64,000 bases of DNA from Schmidtea polychroa. Lineage: Eukaryota. Positions 12,583 through 26,522 of the stretch are shown here, in pieces. A model generated the notes under the pieces. It saw only the letters and a list, made by a program, of their open reading frames with translations, ran no database searches and was not told the origin of the DNA. The position numbers and the translations under genes are program-made. The stretch lies in NCBI GenBank assembly GCA_044892525.1, contig CM097885.1:24306001-24370000 (forward strand). The letters are read 5' to 3'. Within the stretch, counting starts at the first letter, position 1. Each line of letters opens with the position of its first letter.

Positions 12583-14949
12583 TGACATTATATGGTATTG
12601 TGGACATTTTTGTCAAAATTATTTTTTAAATGTAAATAACGCCTGAATACAAACTTAAGTTTGAAAAATTTTTCAATGTAAATTCTTCTTTTTTTTAAAT
12701 TAATAATTTGCCGCCTAATTTATTTTATGGTGTCATACAGATTTCTAGGTATAAAAAAATGCACGTTTACCGTAATGTGGACAAAAATGTCTATTATGAA
12801 ATTCCTGTTCAAACATGATTTGTTTTTACCTGTTTACAACAAACATATGATTTTTGATTTGACATATGTTTGCAACAAACATATGTTATTTGTTCTAAAT
12901 TATTATTTTGTGGGTTTTTTGTGCATTTATTTGCTATTCGTCAAGTAACTTGTACTGACCTTTGCTACGTCTAATTAGAATTTGTTATTTACACATTGCA
13001 TTGATACGATTACGAAGTTTGAGTCTAATATATTATATTTCAACTTATTTTTCTTCAAAAAAAAATCAAAATTATGACACATCAAAATTTAACCGATGAA
13101 GAAATTCAAGATTTAGTTTTTAGTAATAGCGAAGCTGATCCATCTGATGATGACCATGTTTTTATTGATAGCGAGTATTCGAGTTCTGATCAGGAAAGTT
13201 TAGGCGATGTAGATTCAAATAGTTTTTTATCGAAAGATAAGACAGTATTGTGGCATCAAAAACCTGTTAGCACCAATTTGGGTCGCAATCGAGCAGAAAA
13301 TATATTGAATATGACTCCGGGAATTACTAGGTATGCAGCTAGCCGAATCACTGATATAAACAGTGCATTCATGATATTTTTTCCGAAAGCAATTAAAAAT
13401 ATGATTTTGAAAAACTCAAACAGTGAAGGAAACACCGTTTTTGGAGATAGTTGGAAGGATTTGGATGCAACTGAACTTTATTCCTATTTTGGATGATTGA
13501 TTTTAGCGGGTGTTTATAAGTCAAAAAATGAAGCAACTGAAAGCTTATGGCATTAAACTACGGGTATTACGTGCAACCATGCCATTGAAAAGATTTCAAA
13601 ATATTTCAAAAAATTCTTAGATTTGATAAAAAAAAACCCGGTCAGAAAGACGTATGAATGACAAATTTGCGCCAATCCGAGAATTGTGGGATGCATGGAG
13701 TGAAAGGTTACCCATGTTTTATAATCCATCAGAGAATGTGACAGTTGATGAACAACTACTTGGTTTTCGTGGTCGATGTCCTTTTCGTCAATATATGAAA
13801 AGTAAACCTGCGAAATATGGATTAAATTTTAGATTGCAGCTTGCAGCAAGTCTGACTACGCTTGGAAAACACAGCCATATTTAGGAAAACAACCGGATGC
13901 TGCTCCCGAAATAAATCAAGGTATGAGAATTGTACTAGATTTAGTGAGGGGTCTCAAAGGTCACAACATAACACTCGACAATTTTTTCACATCATATCAG
14001 CTTGGTCAAAAACTCCTGGAAAAATCTATAACAATGGTGGGTACACTAAGAAAAAATAAACCAACAATCCCACCAGAAATTTTGAATACAAGATCTTTGC
14101 CACAATATACATCAAAATTTGTTTTTACAAAAGATACAACACTAGTATCTTATGTACCTAAAAAATATCGATGCGTAGTGATGCAAAGTACTCTACATTT
14201 GTCTGATGAAATTATAACTAATGAACCTCAACGTAAACCTGAAATTATCAAATATTATAATGCCACAAAAGGCGGAGTGGATACTTTAGATAAAATGATA
14301 TCCTGTTATTCTACAAAAAGAAAATCTAGAAGATGGTCATTCGTTGTTTTTTGCAATATGTTAGATATATCTGGTTACAATGCTTTCGTACTTTACAAGG
14401 AAGTTGATTTATCTTGGAATTATAATAGTTTGAGTAAGAGACGTTTATTTTTGGAAAAATTAGGTGATAGTTTGATAAAACCTCAAATGCTAAGCCGACA
14501 ACATTTACCTAGAGGACTTGCTGCGAGAAATATTATTCAGGAAGCTCAAAGCAACCAAGATAATGCTGGCGGATTTTCGAAGCCTACAGCTTCGAAAAGA
14601 GGCATGTGTTCTACTTGTCCTATCAGAACGGGGAAAACCATAATAAAATGTAATAAATGTAAAAATTATGTATGCAAAAACCATGTAAAATATATTTGTC
14701 CTGCTTGTCATAATAATTGAAAAATTAAAGAAATTTATTATGTTAAGTTCATTTTATATTATTTTGGTTAAAACTTTGAATAGTTTTTCGAATTTTTATT
14801 TTTGTTTTATATATTTGAATGTAAATAAAAAACTAATGAACTTAAAAAAATTTTTGTTTTTGTTACATTTTGATACAAAAATATATGGTAGACATTTTTG
14901 TCCTTAACGCGGTTAGCGTTGGTAGAAATGAATACCATTTGAAGGTTAA
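12583..14949 (+). mobile_element. piggyBac DNA transposon with disrupted transposase (13074-14720)
   Basis: DDD motifs VDEQL, TLDNFF and GGVDTLD; FRQYMKSKPAKYG; C-terminal Cys-rich domain. Right end ...AAGG-TTAA at 14945-14949. Subterminal GACATTTTTGTC repeats at ~12600, 12780 (inverted) and 14890. Stops/frameshifts present; left terminus degenerate. Confidence 0.92.
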
Positions 14950-16273
14950 TTATGCCTTACAATCTTACTGCATATTAAATAGTTTTCAGTTCAATAAAAT
15001 TATTTATTGAAAAAATTTATTCAATTGAGGAAAATAAAATTTTCCTAACTTATTCCTTAATATCTATATAATGTAGCTCTTCTCGCTATCCACACATGCT
15101 TTATATTTATATTGACAGACTTAATGGTCGTTTACAACGGGTAGGTCTTTATTTGAGGTTCGCAAGTGTTCTAATAACAATACACTGAGATCTATCCCAG
15201 TTGCATTCCATATTCAAAATGAAATAATTTCCGGTGCCTAATAAATTAAATCTAACACAAGAGCCAGATTTAGTTTGCCAACCTTGTTTATTAAAATTTG
15301 GAACAGTTTTTCTCAAAGAATCAATTGTTAAAAATAGAAAGAAAATAATCAAAATATACCATTGGATGAGAAATTTGACATTTTGTAAGTTACAAATTAA
15401 ATGTAAAAAAATAGCAGTTACAATAGATGGTTCAGAACCCTGATGGAATATAGTAATCAATGTGTATTGGTGTGTGTATGAGATTTTTCTTCATTATATT
15501 AACCTAGTATAAGAATAAATTATTAAGACGAGAAATCAACACTTCAATGTTTGAAACTAACAATGATTGACATCAAACAATGAGCCATAACTATAAGAAC
15601 AAGAAAAGACAATAATCACAGAAATAAGTGTATAATGAGAAAGTGGCATAATATCTTTTATCAACAGTCATGAACCCGAAAATAAAAATACACTGAGGAG
15701 TTAAAATGGAGTTCTAGTAATGGAAATCACCTGCTCATTGGTTTTCAACCCCTATGTACATTGTCAACATTGTTGTTAACATGGGTATGCAGGTGGCAGA
15801 AAAGATAATAGTCATGGAGATGTTTAAAGAAGAGCTGATGAAAAATTTATCAGAGGCCCAAGAGCATTTAAACAAAACATTTCCTTAGTGTCAATAGTTT
15901 TCACCTGCCTTTTTACTATCAATTTACCGTGGATTCTTTGACAACAAATGATAATATACTATGATCTTCCAATATCAAACTATTCTCGTTATAACATTTC
16001 AGTAAGTTCAGCTAAAGTTTTAACTAGTGCTAATTATATAAATATTTTTCACCATAGAGAATTGTGAACAATATAGTTTTATGTATAATCTTTATTATAA
16101 AACGTAAAACCGAAAATTTTCATTTTGATCAAACGAAGTAAAAAAATAGAATTTATTATTTATATTTTAACACATTCAACATTAGTTTTAAAAAAGTTTT
16201 TTGAAAATAGATAAATAATTCTTGTTTAAATATATTTATAATATTTCTATAAAAGAGGCGATTAAGAACAAAG

Positions 16274-19200
16274 ATGAATGAAAGTAAATTTTTTAATTTT
16301 ATTTTCCATTAATCTATTTGATTTATAGAATTAAATTCGATTTTGTTATTTAATAAGTAAATATTTATAGTTTTTTATAATTGATTTTGATTTATAATTA
16401 TTTAGAATTGAGAAATCCGTTTTAAAAACACCCAGGTAACACTGTAATCTGAATATATGTTATAATTGATATTTTAAGTCTTAAGCGACGACGAAGTTTA
16501 AAATCTATCAAGTTTGCTAAATGTTGTCTAGGAGCAAATTTAAAACCTAAAACTCAATATATTGGAGATAGGTTAACAATATTCTATTATTTAATGCAAA
16601 TAATAATAATTTCCCCATTTAGAATAATGGCACACAGAGGCGTTATGAATTTTGAAAATATTGAAATTGGTTTATATAGAAATTCAATCGATACTAATTC
16701 AAATTATCAAGAACTATCTATTCCAAATTTAATTGAAAAAACAATGAGACCATCTCGGAAACGATTGTTAAAATTAAGTATTCACCATGAGTCACCTTCA
16801 TCAGATGAGAAGCTACAACAATTAATTTCCCAAAGCCAAACTATCAAACGGAAATTCAATCGACACATATCAATTGTAAGAATAAGTTTACTTTTTTAAA
16901 ACTTGTATTACGATTTTTTATTTTAATTTAAATTTTTTTGAATGTAATAATAATTGTTTTCATCAGCCCTCCCACACCATTTACCGATCTCACCACGGTT
17001 ATATAATGAATTACTATTTTTGATGATCAATTTGACTTTCTCAATACAAATTGACGCTAAACTCCACTTTCGCATCAAGAAATCTTTTTTTTCAAGTCTT
17101 TAAAGACATACCATCACGAATTCGAAATTTTGAGGGCATTTCATAATTAGTCAAGGATTATAATATGAAAATTGAGATAGAATGTTTCTAAAGAAAAACA
17201 AATTCTCCATGAAAAATACTGGAGTTATTCAATTAGCCAATAAAAAATTTGGAATTATTTGATTGGCCGGTAGGAAATTCCGGTATTTTAGGCAGGAAAT
17301 CAAAGCAATTTTTCACAAATACAGAAAACTTAATCAATTAAATATTGCTCAATTTTATTTATGGTGTTTTTTGTCAGTTTTCTAATAATATACTCCCAGG
17401 ATTTGGATCAGGAACCGGAGCTTAGGAATTAAACCCAATCTGGCTCCGGTTTCGATATTTTATATGTATTTTTTAACAAAAATATTTACTTCTAAAAGAC
17501 AAAATCAACTATACGGATATTTTATCAAATTAGCCAGTTTGAAACTATAGCAACAGTTACGATAACCCTTGGTGATGTTTTATTTTTTAACACCTTCAAA
17601 ATACTCACCAATGTCGGTATGAATTTAGAAAATGCCCATAACGTCATGGAATCGCATTTCAGGTATGTATTCACCGTGATAACTATCATTCTTCTCATTA
17701 CCGCGGTTTCGAAGTTGGAGCTGGAACCGAAACATCATGAATATAGACACTTTAACCTTCGTTTCACCAAGCTCATTGACCTCCCAGAATCGCTGGAGTT
17801 GATGTTCCAGCTCTTTCTAACTTGAAAACCTCGTATTGGAACTTCTAACTCTAACTATTTCCAATCCACCAATACAAGTCCATCCTTTGACCTGATCGTA
17901 TCAGTACATATGTTATGGATGGAAATTTTATTCCTTTTACATGATTCCATCCAATTTTGATCATTCTTTAGTTTATCTCTCTTAAACTATGAGCAACCTA
18001 TGCTACTCCCATTACATTTGATCTTTCACAAACACCCTAATCGACACTCCACAAGTTTAATATTCCTGACTACCACATTTTCAATAATAATCATTAAAAC
18101 TAACACGCTATTTTCAAATATATCAGAACATCATCTAAATATGCAGCAACACCGTTATACAAAATATAATCAAACAGTATGTGCATAAGTCTTTGGAAAG
18201 TTGCTGGAATTGTGGATAATCCAAATGGCATTTGATTGTAACAGAACTGTCCTTTCTTTATAGAAAACGCTTCATCCACATGTACCTGATAATATGCCTG
18301 CCCCAAGTCTAGGGACGAAAAAACTGAAGATCCAGACAGAGAATCGAATATTGTTTGGGGATCTGCCGTTGGAAAAGTGAATTTTTCAGTAACTTCATTA
18401 GCCTTCCTAAAATCTTGACACATCCTGATTGATCCGTCTTTCTTACCTACCACGACCGCAGGTGAGTTCCATGGGCTTTGACATTTCCCGATAATGCCCA
18501 TTTTCAATAATTTCATAATCATATCGTCCACTTTTAATTCCATCTTTATAGCCATGCGCCTAAGATTTTGAATAATGGGATTTCCAGACGTTTTCATAGT
18601 ATGATTAGTACAACCTATATCAAAATCTGATTCCATGAAGATCGTACTATACATGGTTACCAACTGCACCAGTTTGGGTCTGAATTTGGTCCAAAAACAT
18701 CCAGCGCTTTTTGACATCGTTCGGTATCACTGTAGCTAACACCAACCGTATCTGAATCAGGCATTATGCTCTTTTTCCATAATCCCCAGTGTTTCATGTA
18801 CTACCACCATGCATTTACATTTACAAACACGCCTTTACTTTTCAATAAAACAGGAATCGTTCTTAAACTATAGAAACTTGTTCCGATCTTCCACAGTATT
18901 TGCTCTAAATTCGTCAAAAGGACTTGTTTCCTAGTAACCCAGTCTAAAATGCAGGTAAACCTTCGCATATTTCACACAAAAATTAAAAGATGTTAACCAT
19001 GTTTCATATTCAAACAGTTTGTTTTATTTTTGGCTTAGTAACCTTCGCTTCACTCCAAAATGTTAACATAATGCACATTTAATTGGCATAAAATTTGCGT
19101 TTATAACCAGTGTTCTAGGAAATGAGTCTTTATTGTTTTTTTTATAAAGAAATAACAAAATGAATCTCCTAAATTTTTAAGCATCCTGAAAGAGTATTAG

Positions 19201-22200
19201 ACGCTCCAGAAGTGTCTTTAGAACATCCTAACATTATGGATTGGAGTAAACAAAACATTATCGCAGTAGCTTTAGGATCTGCTGTTTATTTGTGGGATGC
19301 AATTGCAATTGAAGTTGAAGAAATTATGAATTATGGTTCAGCGAGTCCGTTGAGTATTAGCTGTGTTAAATGGTTTCATGGCACGCAATATAAATCTGAT
19401 CACATTCTAGCCCTTGGTAGTACTGACGGTTCTATAATATTATGGGATTCCAAAAGGAAAACAAAAATACGAAAGATGTATTCTTCTGATCGCTACCATC
19501 GATCTGAAGTGATATCTCTTGCTATCAAAAACAATATCTTGTCAATAGGTAGATCTTGTGGTAAATTGGAGCATTATGATATTAGGCAGAACTCTAATCA
19601 TGTTCCAGATTGGAATAATAATCAGGTTTGGTTATTTTAGTAATATAATACTTCTTAAATGATTTTAATTATAAATATATATATATATTAATGAAAGCTC
19701 TGATGAAATTCATGTTAAATAAATAAAAATATTGATCTATAATAAATATAATTTTAATGATTTCAATTTCTACTCAAATTCAATTATAATTAAAACATTG
19801 ATTTGATAATATTAAAATGCAAAAATTTCGGTATTTATGTTTGAAAAATTCAATTTTCTTTATTGATAAAATTCCAGCGGGAAATTTGATTAAAACTTGA
19901 TTAAAAAAATTATTTATATTCTTCTGTGCGATTTACCGTTGATTTCGGGTTCAGTGAGTTTATAAATAGCAGCATACAATTCAAGTGCAATTTATATAGA
20001 TTCACCTTGCATCAACATTTTAAATTTTATTCTATCCCGTTGTGTTATAGCTATAGACAGAGAGTACTGATATTGATGTAAGTAGCTATAATACATTCCT
20101 GAGAATTTGTGACTGGATTTAAGATCCGTGGAATTATTGTTTATATCTGAAGTTAAACTTGACTGGCTATCTTCAAAACTTTCTTTCACAGAGGATAAAA
20201 TAATCAATCAGCAAACAAGGGAAAACGAAATTAATGTATCAATTATCCGCCAACAAAAGTTAATTGTGATTTGAAAATTTGAAACACGTGTAGAAAGACC
20301 AAGTGAACATAATACATTCAGTATATATTTAAATAATAAATTTTCCCCCGAAGGGTTGTTAACAGTAGAAACAAATGTTTTTTCAAAAGTATTCAGATAT
20401 ATCCGGATCTTGCATCTAAATGATTAATCATCTAAGAACATGTAACTGGATTCAAATCGGCAGTTTTAACATATAATAAAACATATTAACGTTTCTATTT
20501 TCCCTAACATCTTCAATTGTATGTTTTTTAAACATTTTTTATTAATGAATTTAGGTATTAAATTTTAATTGTTTTGATATTTTTTATTGGCATCAATCTC
20601 GATTGAGAAATATTGATTATTTTATTTTAAAATTGAAAATCAATAACTTTAAAAACATTATTTATTATTTTAAGTCATTTCTATTTGTCAAAAAGCTAGA
20701 GATCTTTTGAGCCATATTGCTAAGAACTAAGAATTTTGAAATCTGTAATTTCTAGAAAGTCCATATATTGTTTTGTAGGGGATTCAACTCTATTAAATTA
20801 TCGAGATTATTTAGACCACTGGAAAAATCGGTAATAATTCAAAATCCCTTTTCAGGGAATTTAATTTTGCAAACCCATAAATTTATTAAAATTATTTAAG
20901 CGCTGTTTTTAAATACTTGCCAAAATTCAAAATGTTTAAGAAACTGGAATTGAAAAAATTGATAATTAAAATTTGTAAAGTCTATGTGCAAATCAATCTG
21001 AAGTGCAATAGCATTAATTAATTAATGAAATTCATAATTTTCTTTATAAAACAATGAGTAACCATGAAAAAACTTCGGTTCTTTTAAAATGTTTTTCACT
21101 GATCATTTTCTTAAATTGGTAAAATTGACTAGTAATATTGAAGACCTTGAAAAAACATGTGTATGAATTGTGCAAGGTTTTTTGATAGTGTTACACTTCG
21201 CCAAAATAAATCTGAATGTCCTATCTTTGATAGTCGTATGAGGCATAAAGGAAAATATAATTCTACTATAAAAAATATTGTTGTAAATACTAGTATCCCA
21301 GGTTGAATGAAAGTGAATTTAAAATATGCTCCAAAAGGACTTCTAATACTTTCTGATGATCAAATTGGTCAATTTAAAGACTTTAAGGTTACTCCGAAGT
21401 TTTTAAGGTCGAATAAAGTAGACACTGGTGATTCGCAGTATGGTATTTTAAATGTATTTTTCGCAACGTCAGACCTGTCATATTTACTTCAATATAATCA
21501 GATATAGACAGAAAAAAATTTCCCATGCGATGGCCTTATCAGAAATTTTGTAGTTTGTTCAATGAACTTTGAATTTGATAGAATTAGATTTTCGAGCATC
21601 CACGAATACGGTTAATGTAAAAATTCGTTCACAATTTTATGCCATGAATTTAATGTGTTAATCTTTATTAATGGGAGATTTCTTATATTTGTCGTCTCTA
21701 AAATTTGTCTATACACTTCTAAGATATGTGACTAAATGAAGTTCTCAACTATTATTTCAAGCCGGTTAGTCAAAGAAAAACAGCGCCATGGACAGTCACT
21801 TGAGATCTATAAAAGATAGAGTAAATACTTTAACGAAATTAGATAGGTTATCAATAATTCGATTTTCAGAAAATATTGAAATAAAAATGTCATGTCGATT
21901 AAAATTAAAAAACATCAATTAATTATAGAATAGGATTATTTAACGTTTTTATTTTTAACGTTTTATGTTCAACTGAAAACATTTCCCAAATGTAGTTTTT
22001 AAAAGCAACATTTCAAATCAATAAAGTAAAAGAAATTATATAATCACATAATTTTTAAATTACATACATAATTAAGACATTATTTGAACATCACTTATAC
22101 GATATAATTTTTCCAAATTTTGTTGAAAAAAATGTCCAAAATAAATGACCCGCTATAAGCCGACCTATTAAAAATGAAATTCTCTTATTTGCTTTTCATC

Positions 22201-23746
22201 GACACCAAATTCACGAGCTGCTGCACAATTGTTGTTAGCATTTGCAAACCTAACATGAATAATTACACGATTAAACTTTTGACTTAATTCTATAGCAGTT
22301 GTAAAAGAAATGTTATGGTAAATCGAATGAATTATGGATCATTCGATAGTAAAATCAATTTTCAGATAATATTGAAATAGAAATGTTATGTCGATTAAAA
22401 TTAAAAAAAACATCAATTAATTATATAATAGGATTATTTACAGCCATACCGTTTTATGTTCAACTGAAAACATTTCCCAAATGTAGTTTTTAAAAAGCAA
22501 CATTTCAAATCAATAAAATAAAAGAAATTATATTATCACCTAATTTTTAAATTACATACATAACTAAGACATTATTTGAACATCACTTATACGATATAAT
22601 TTGACAGGCAGAAAAGGTATCAACAGGTAGAAAAGAAAAATTAATAGATTTAACATTGATTATTAAAAATAAAATAATCAAAAATAACTTATTTTTATTA
22701 TAAAAACTTTTTTTTCAAATTTCACTACCACTGGTTTCTTTTCCATTGTATTTATTTGAAAATATAATTTCAAAAAAATTATGTGCTATATATACTTGCA
22801 TAGAAACCGACCCTCCAAATTTTGTTGAAAAAATGTCCAAAATAGATGACCCGCCTATAAGCCGACCTATTAAAAATGAAATTCTCTTATTTGCTTTTCA
22901 TCGACACCAAATTCACGAGCTGCTGCACATTTGTTAGCTATTGCAAACCCAACATGAATAATTAAACTTTTGACTTAATTCTATAGCAGTTGTAAAAGAA
23001 ATCGAATAAATTATGCATCATTCAATAGTAAAATCGAATTTCAGATAATATTGAAATAAAAATATTAAAATGTCGATTAATTAAGGGCAAACATAATAAT
23101 TTTATAATTTATTCATTTGATTTCTTCAGACCATTCTTCACCTAAAATGGTCTCTCGATTTCCATTATCTTGCAGTAGTAGCACAAGATTCTCATTTGTC
23201 ATTCTGGACAGAGAATAAACTCTATTCGTCACCTTTGATTTTGTTTAATGACAAAATCAATGATGTGGCCTGGAGTCATAGAGATGCGCATATTTTCCTG
23301 TGTTGCACTGCATGCGAGAAAGGCGAATTAAAACTCTACAACATTTCTCAAAGGATTTGTCTACGAACAATAAGCACAGATAGCAGTGTAATTTTAGCTT
23401 TCTTTCCCTTCTCTTATTGGAGTTATCGGCTTGTTCTTTATTCTAGATATCGTGCCTTCTGTGGAGTGACATCTATGAGGAGGTGGCGATTATTTCCGAG
23501 GATAAGGATAGTTTTCGAATTAGGATATTGCACGATGATAGCTTGCAACCGATTATCGAATTAACTGGTCATATAAAATCAATTTTATGCATGGCTTCTA
23601 ACCCTACCGGGGAAGTTATTGCAACCATTGGTGAGGATGAACAAATCAGACTTTGGAATTGTTTCCAGTGTCCAGATGTGAAAAAATTGAAAAATAATAG
23701 AAATCAAAAATCTAGTTTATTAAAGGATTTAGAGAGATTTCGTTGA
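16274..23746 (+). CDS. CDC20: Divergent CDC20/Fizzy-family APC/C activator (WD40), paralog A, multi-exon
   Basis: Spliced model reads MNEKLNS...GD|RIMAHRGVMNFE (C-box variant), HPERVLDAPEV..NIMDWSKQNIIAVALGSAVYLWDA, LKWSLDFHYLA, ELTGHIKSILCMASNPTGEVIATIGEDEQIRLWNCF, ending ...LERFR*. TATA at ~16248. Large TE-filled introns at 16876-19180 and 19626-23129. Confidence 0.88.
16960..19070 (-). mobile_element. Degenerate Ty3/Gypsy element in a CDC20-A intron; RT fragment 18100-18717
   Basis: SPWNSPAVVVGKKDGSIRMCQDFRKAN, FSSLDLGQAYYQ, MPFGL, FQRLM and YLDDVLIY. A PPT-like GGGAGGG lies near 16970 and a CA-TTT-TGG PBS-like junction near 19060; these boundaries are tentative. Confidence 0.85.
21857..23082. 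repeat. Local tandem duplication (~490-bp unit) within a CDC20-A intron
   Basis: 21857-22110 repeats at 22352-22600, and 22113-22400 repeats at 22815-23082 (CCAAATTTTGTTGAAAAAATGTCCAAAATA...ATAAGCCGACCTATT). Confidence 0.9.
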
Positions 23747-24191
23747 AATAGTTTTGATTGTGCACTTACGGAATATATCAATATAGATATCTTATAATAA
23801 TAATATATGGAAATTTATTTATATGTGATTATAATAAAATGATGTTCATTGTCTTGTGATTTTTTAAATTTGTTTTAATATTGTGTTATTCATTTAAACA
23901 AAAATGGAATTTTTTATAATTGAAATTGTTTCTGACTCCACTTGTGTTCTTGGGTATCAAATCAACATACAGAAATGTTTAATAAGATGTAATTAATTAT
24001 TCCAATATATCTACATGTAAGAAAGGGACAATGGTTATGTAATTCTTGCAAAAATATTGATAAATCATCTGATAAGGTTTGGTTTCTTGATTCTCCTAAA
24101 ACATTTGGTAAAAGACCGAACCAAGCAATTAGTAAGTTTATTTTCTTTTATAAGCATTTCAATATCACTATCCATATTTGTTTATGCTTAA

Positions 24192-25320
24192 CCTTTAACC
24201 GGACAGAAGTCTTTTGGACTCTTTAACCATACGTAAACCAAAATTTAATTTTTTGCACATTATTTTAACGAATCATGAATTTTCTTAAAACAATATTCGA
24301 ATTTGTTTAGTTTGTAAAATAACGTATTTTCGAAAAATAAAAAAAGTTACAAAACGGACAGATGAGTCCAAAAGGCTCATCAAATAAAATCAAGAAAAAT
24401 TTTTAAAGGGGATTTAATTTTGTTACTATTAATATAAATAGATGTTTGAATGAGGAACAAATTCGTCGTGCAATTGAAGTAGAATCAGATTTTGAAAATA
24501 AAAATTCTATTGCAGAAGAAAATTCTGATGTGGATTCGGTATCAGATAGCGAATCTAACGATATGGAAACAGATTCCGAGGAAGATGACACTTTATATTA
24601 CGAAGATGAATCGATGAATGGAGAAAGTGAAATCTTTATGGGAAAGGATGGGACTCAATGGAATCGAGACCAACACTAAATCACAGACGGCCAACTACGT
24701 TCAAAAACCCACACAAAAAGTGAAGCTCCCTTCTAGTTATAAAATCGATAGACCTGTTGATTTTTTTCGTTTTTTTTTCAACAACGAAGTAATTGAAATA
24801 ATCGTGAAACATACAAATATTTAAGCTACAAGAAAAATTGGTGCATTCATTGGTCTCTTACTTATCGCAGGTGGTAATAAGCCAGGAACAATTATGAAGA
24901 TTTTTGGGATCCTCTTTTTGAAAGCCCTATTTTTCGCGCTACTATGGGTATACGGTGTTTCAAGTCAATTTTAAGATTTCACCAATTTGATGACAAGGAG
25001 ACTCGGTAAATGATAAATGAAATCCAATTAGGGAGGTTTGGGAAATCATAAATAAAAATTTCTCAAAATGATATATTCCAGGCCAAAACTTAACAATTGA
25101 TGAGCAGTTGGTTCTTTTTGGTGGACGACTAAGTTTCAAGCAATACATACCCAGTAAACCAGATAAATGTGGAATAAAAATTTGTTCTATTGTTGAAAAT
25201 GAAACGGCTTATCCTTTAAAAGGAATTCTATATTTGGGCAAAGAGGGTAACACGAGAGCATTAATTGTTCAAAAGTCATCACCCTAGTAAACAATTATTC
25301 AATTTCATTTTACAGATAAA
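24192..25320 (+). mobile_element. Second piggyBac, 5' portion, degenerate and truncated
   Basis: TTAA at 24188-24191 followed by CCTTTAACCGGACAG; internal repeat CGGACAGATGAGTCCAAAAG at ~24355; acidic N-terminus; GKDGTQW; LTIDEQLVLFGGRLSFKQYIPSKPDKCGIKI. Confidence 0.85.
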
Positions 25321-25332
25321 TTACCGAATCAT

Positions 25333-26090
25333 ACAGTAAGCCCTAGAATAACACGGTTAATCGGCACTGGCGTATTCGAAACTAATCGTGTTATTTGAAA
25401 CTAGGAATAAGGAAAATACAAAGTTGGAAATCAGCAGAAGTTTTATTACACATTTTATAAAAATGAAAATAACAATTAATGAACATTAACTATAAACGAA
25501 TAAATTATTTATTAAACTACAAACGCAACGTTTCCTTCAATTTAACATTCCAACATAGAGGTTCACTTTCTTTTAATATGATCATTTCCTAGAGCTCCTT
25601 TAGTAACCTAAAGATCCAATCCGTGCGTGATAAAAAGATAGCATAGAAGTTATAAAGTCAACCTAATAAGATAAATATTATTAATCACTGTCATTATCCA
25701 AACGTCGTAATCTTTTTTTGAATAAGAGGAAAGTTGTCATCACTTGAGTTATTTTCGTTAGTAACATCATTGTTGTTGGAAAATGACGATTCATTGTTTT
25801 GTGATGCATTGTTATCTATGTTGTTTGGGAATTTCCCAAAGGATTATCGCAAAGTGTTATTGCAGGGTTGTTGCAATTTTTTACCGTGTTACTTGAAAAT
25901 TCGTGTAATTCACTTTTTTCTGACAGATAGATAAAGTTTCAGGCATCTTTAAATTTTTGGAACAGAGTTAGGTTGGTTATATTAGAAAATTTGAAAACTA
26001 ATATTTCGCCCTTCAAGCTCAAGAATTTCACCCTTATGTTGGCACTTACGAAAAAACAGTAAAAAATGAAAGATAGTTGAAGTTATAGGT
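25333..26090 (-). mobile_element. Probable pogo/Tigger-type (Tc1/mariner) element end
   Basis: TA-CAGTAAGCCCTAGAATAACACGG terminus typical of pogo-like TIRs. Minus-strand low-complexity tail ending KKRLRRLDNDSD*. Confidence 0.45.
25541..25677. repeat. Direct repeat of 26296-26431 (fragment of the retroelement LTR-like region)
   Basis: TTTAACATTCCAACAT.GAGGT...GATCATTTCCTAGAGC...AAAGATCCAATCCGTGCGTGATAAA.AGATAGCATAGAAGTTATAAAGTCAACC occurs in both. Confidence 0.92.
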
Positions 26091-26099
26091 TTGATAGTA

Positions 26100-26320
26100 A
26101 ATCCCTTGGGTCGTGAGCTTCCGTAAGCCACCGTATTACTATTTCAAAAACGGCTAAGTACCCCTAGTAATGGCAATGTTGGAACTGTACCAAGTCGTTG
26201 AAAGCTACAGAGCAGGTGAGGTCTGTGTTAAGACAACTCCCCCGTAGACCTTCTCAACGGATTCTTGACTGCCGATACGGGGTCTTACGTCAATATTTAA
26301 CATTCCAACATCGAGGTCCT
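26100..26320 (-). ncRNA. Candidate structured RNA module, copy C, just 3' of the gag-only ORF
   Basis: Sense stems TTGAC/GTCAA, AATCC/GGATT, CGTTGAGA/TTTCAACG, AGGTCT/AGACCT and GGTAC/GTACT, plus the conserved CTCAC and TACAGTTCCAA. Confidence 0.6.
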
Positions 26321-26522
26321 ATATCTTTTAATAAGATCATTTCCTAGAGCGGTTATATAACCCAAAGATCCAATCCGTGCGTGATAAAGAGATAGCATAG
26401 AAGTTATAAAGTCAACCGAATATGATAAATAAAATATATTGTTTAATATCAAACCTAACTAAGCAAGTAATAAACAAAACACAACAAAAATAAGAAAATG
26501 TTTGATTTATCAGAAAGGGGAA

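Noticed and set aside
15149..15460. Possible degenerate RT (QGS motif)
   Set aside because: Only a 3-residue match, with no YxDD or other RT motifs in frame.
19900..21800. Possible decayed DNA transposase in a CDC20-A intron (SHGK-like motif on the minus strand)
   Set aside because: Too fragmented to assign a family or boundaries by eye.
26266..26322. HCV-like type IV IRES IIIe/IIIf (ACTGCCGATA.GGG..CTTACG...GAGGTC) on the plus strand
   Set aside because: There is local similarity, but no IIId GGG loop, no consistent IIIf pseudoknot and no downstream ORF. It is worth including in an Infernal test but is not callable.
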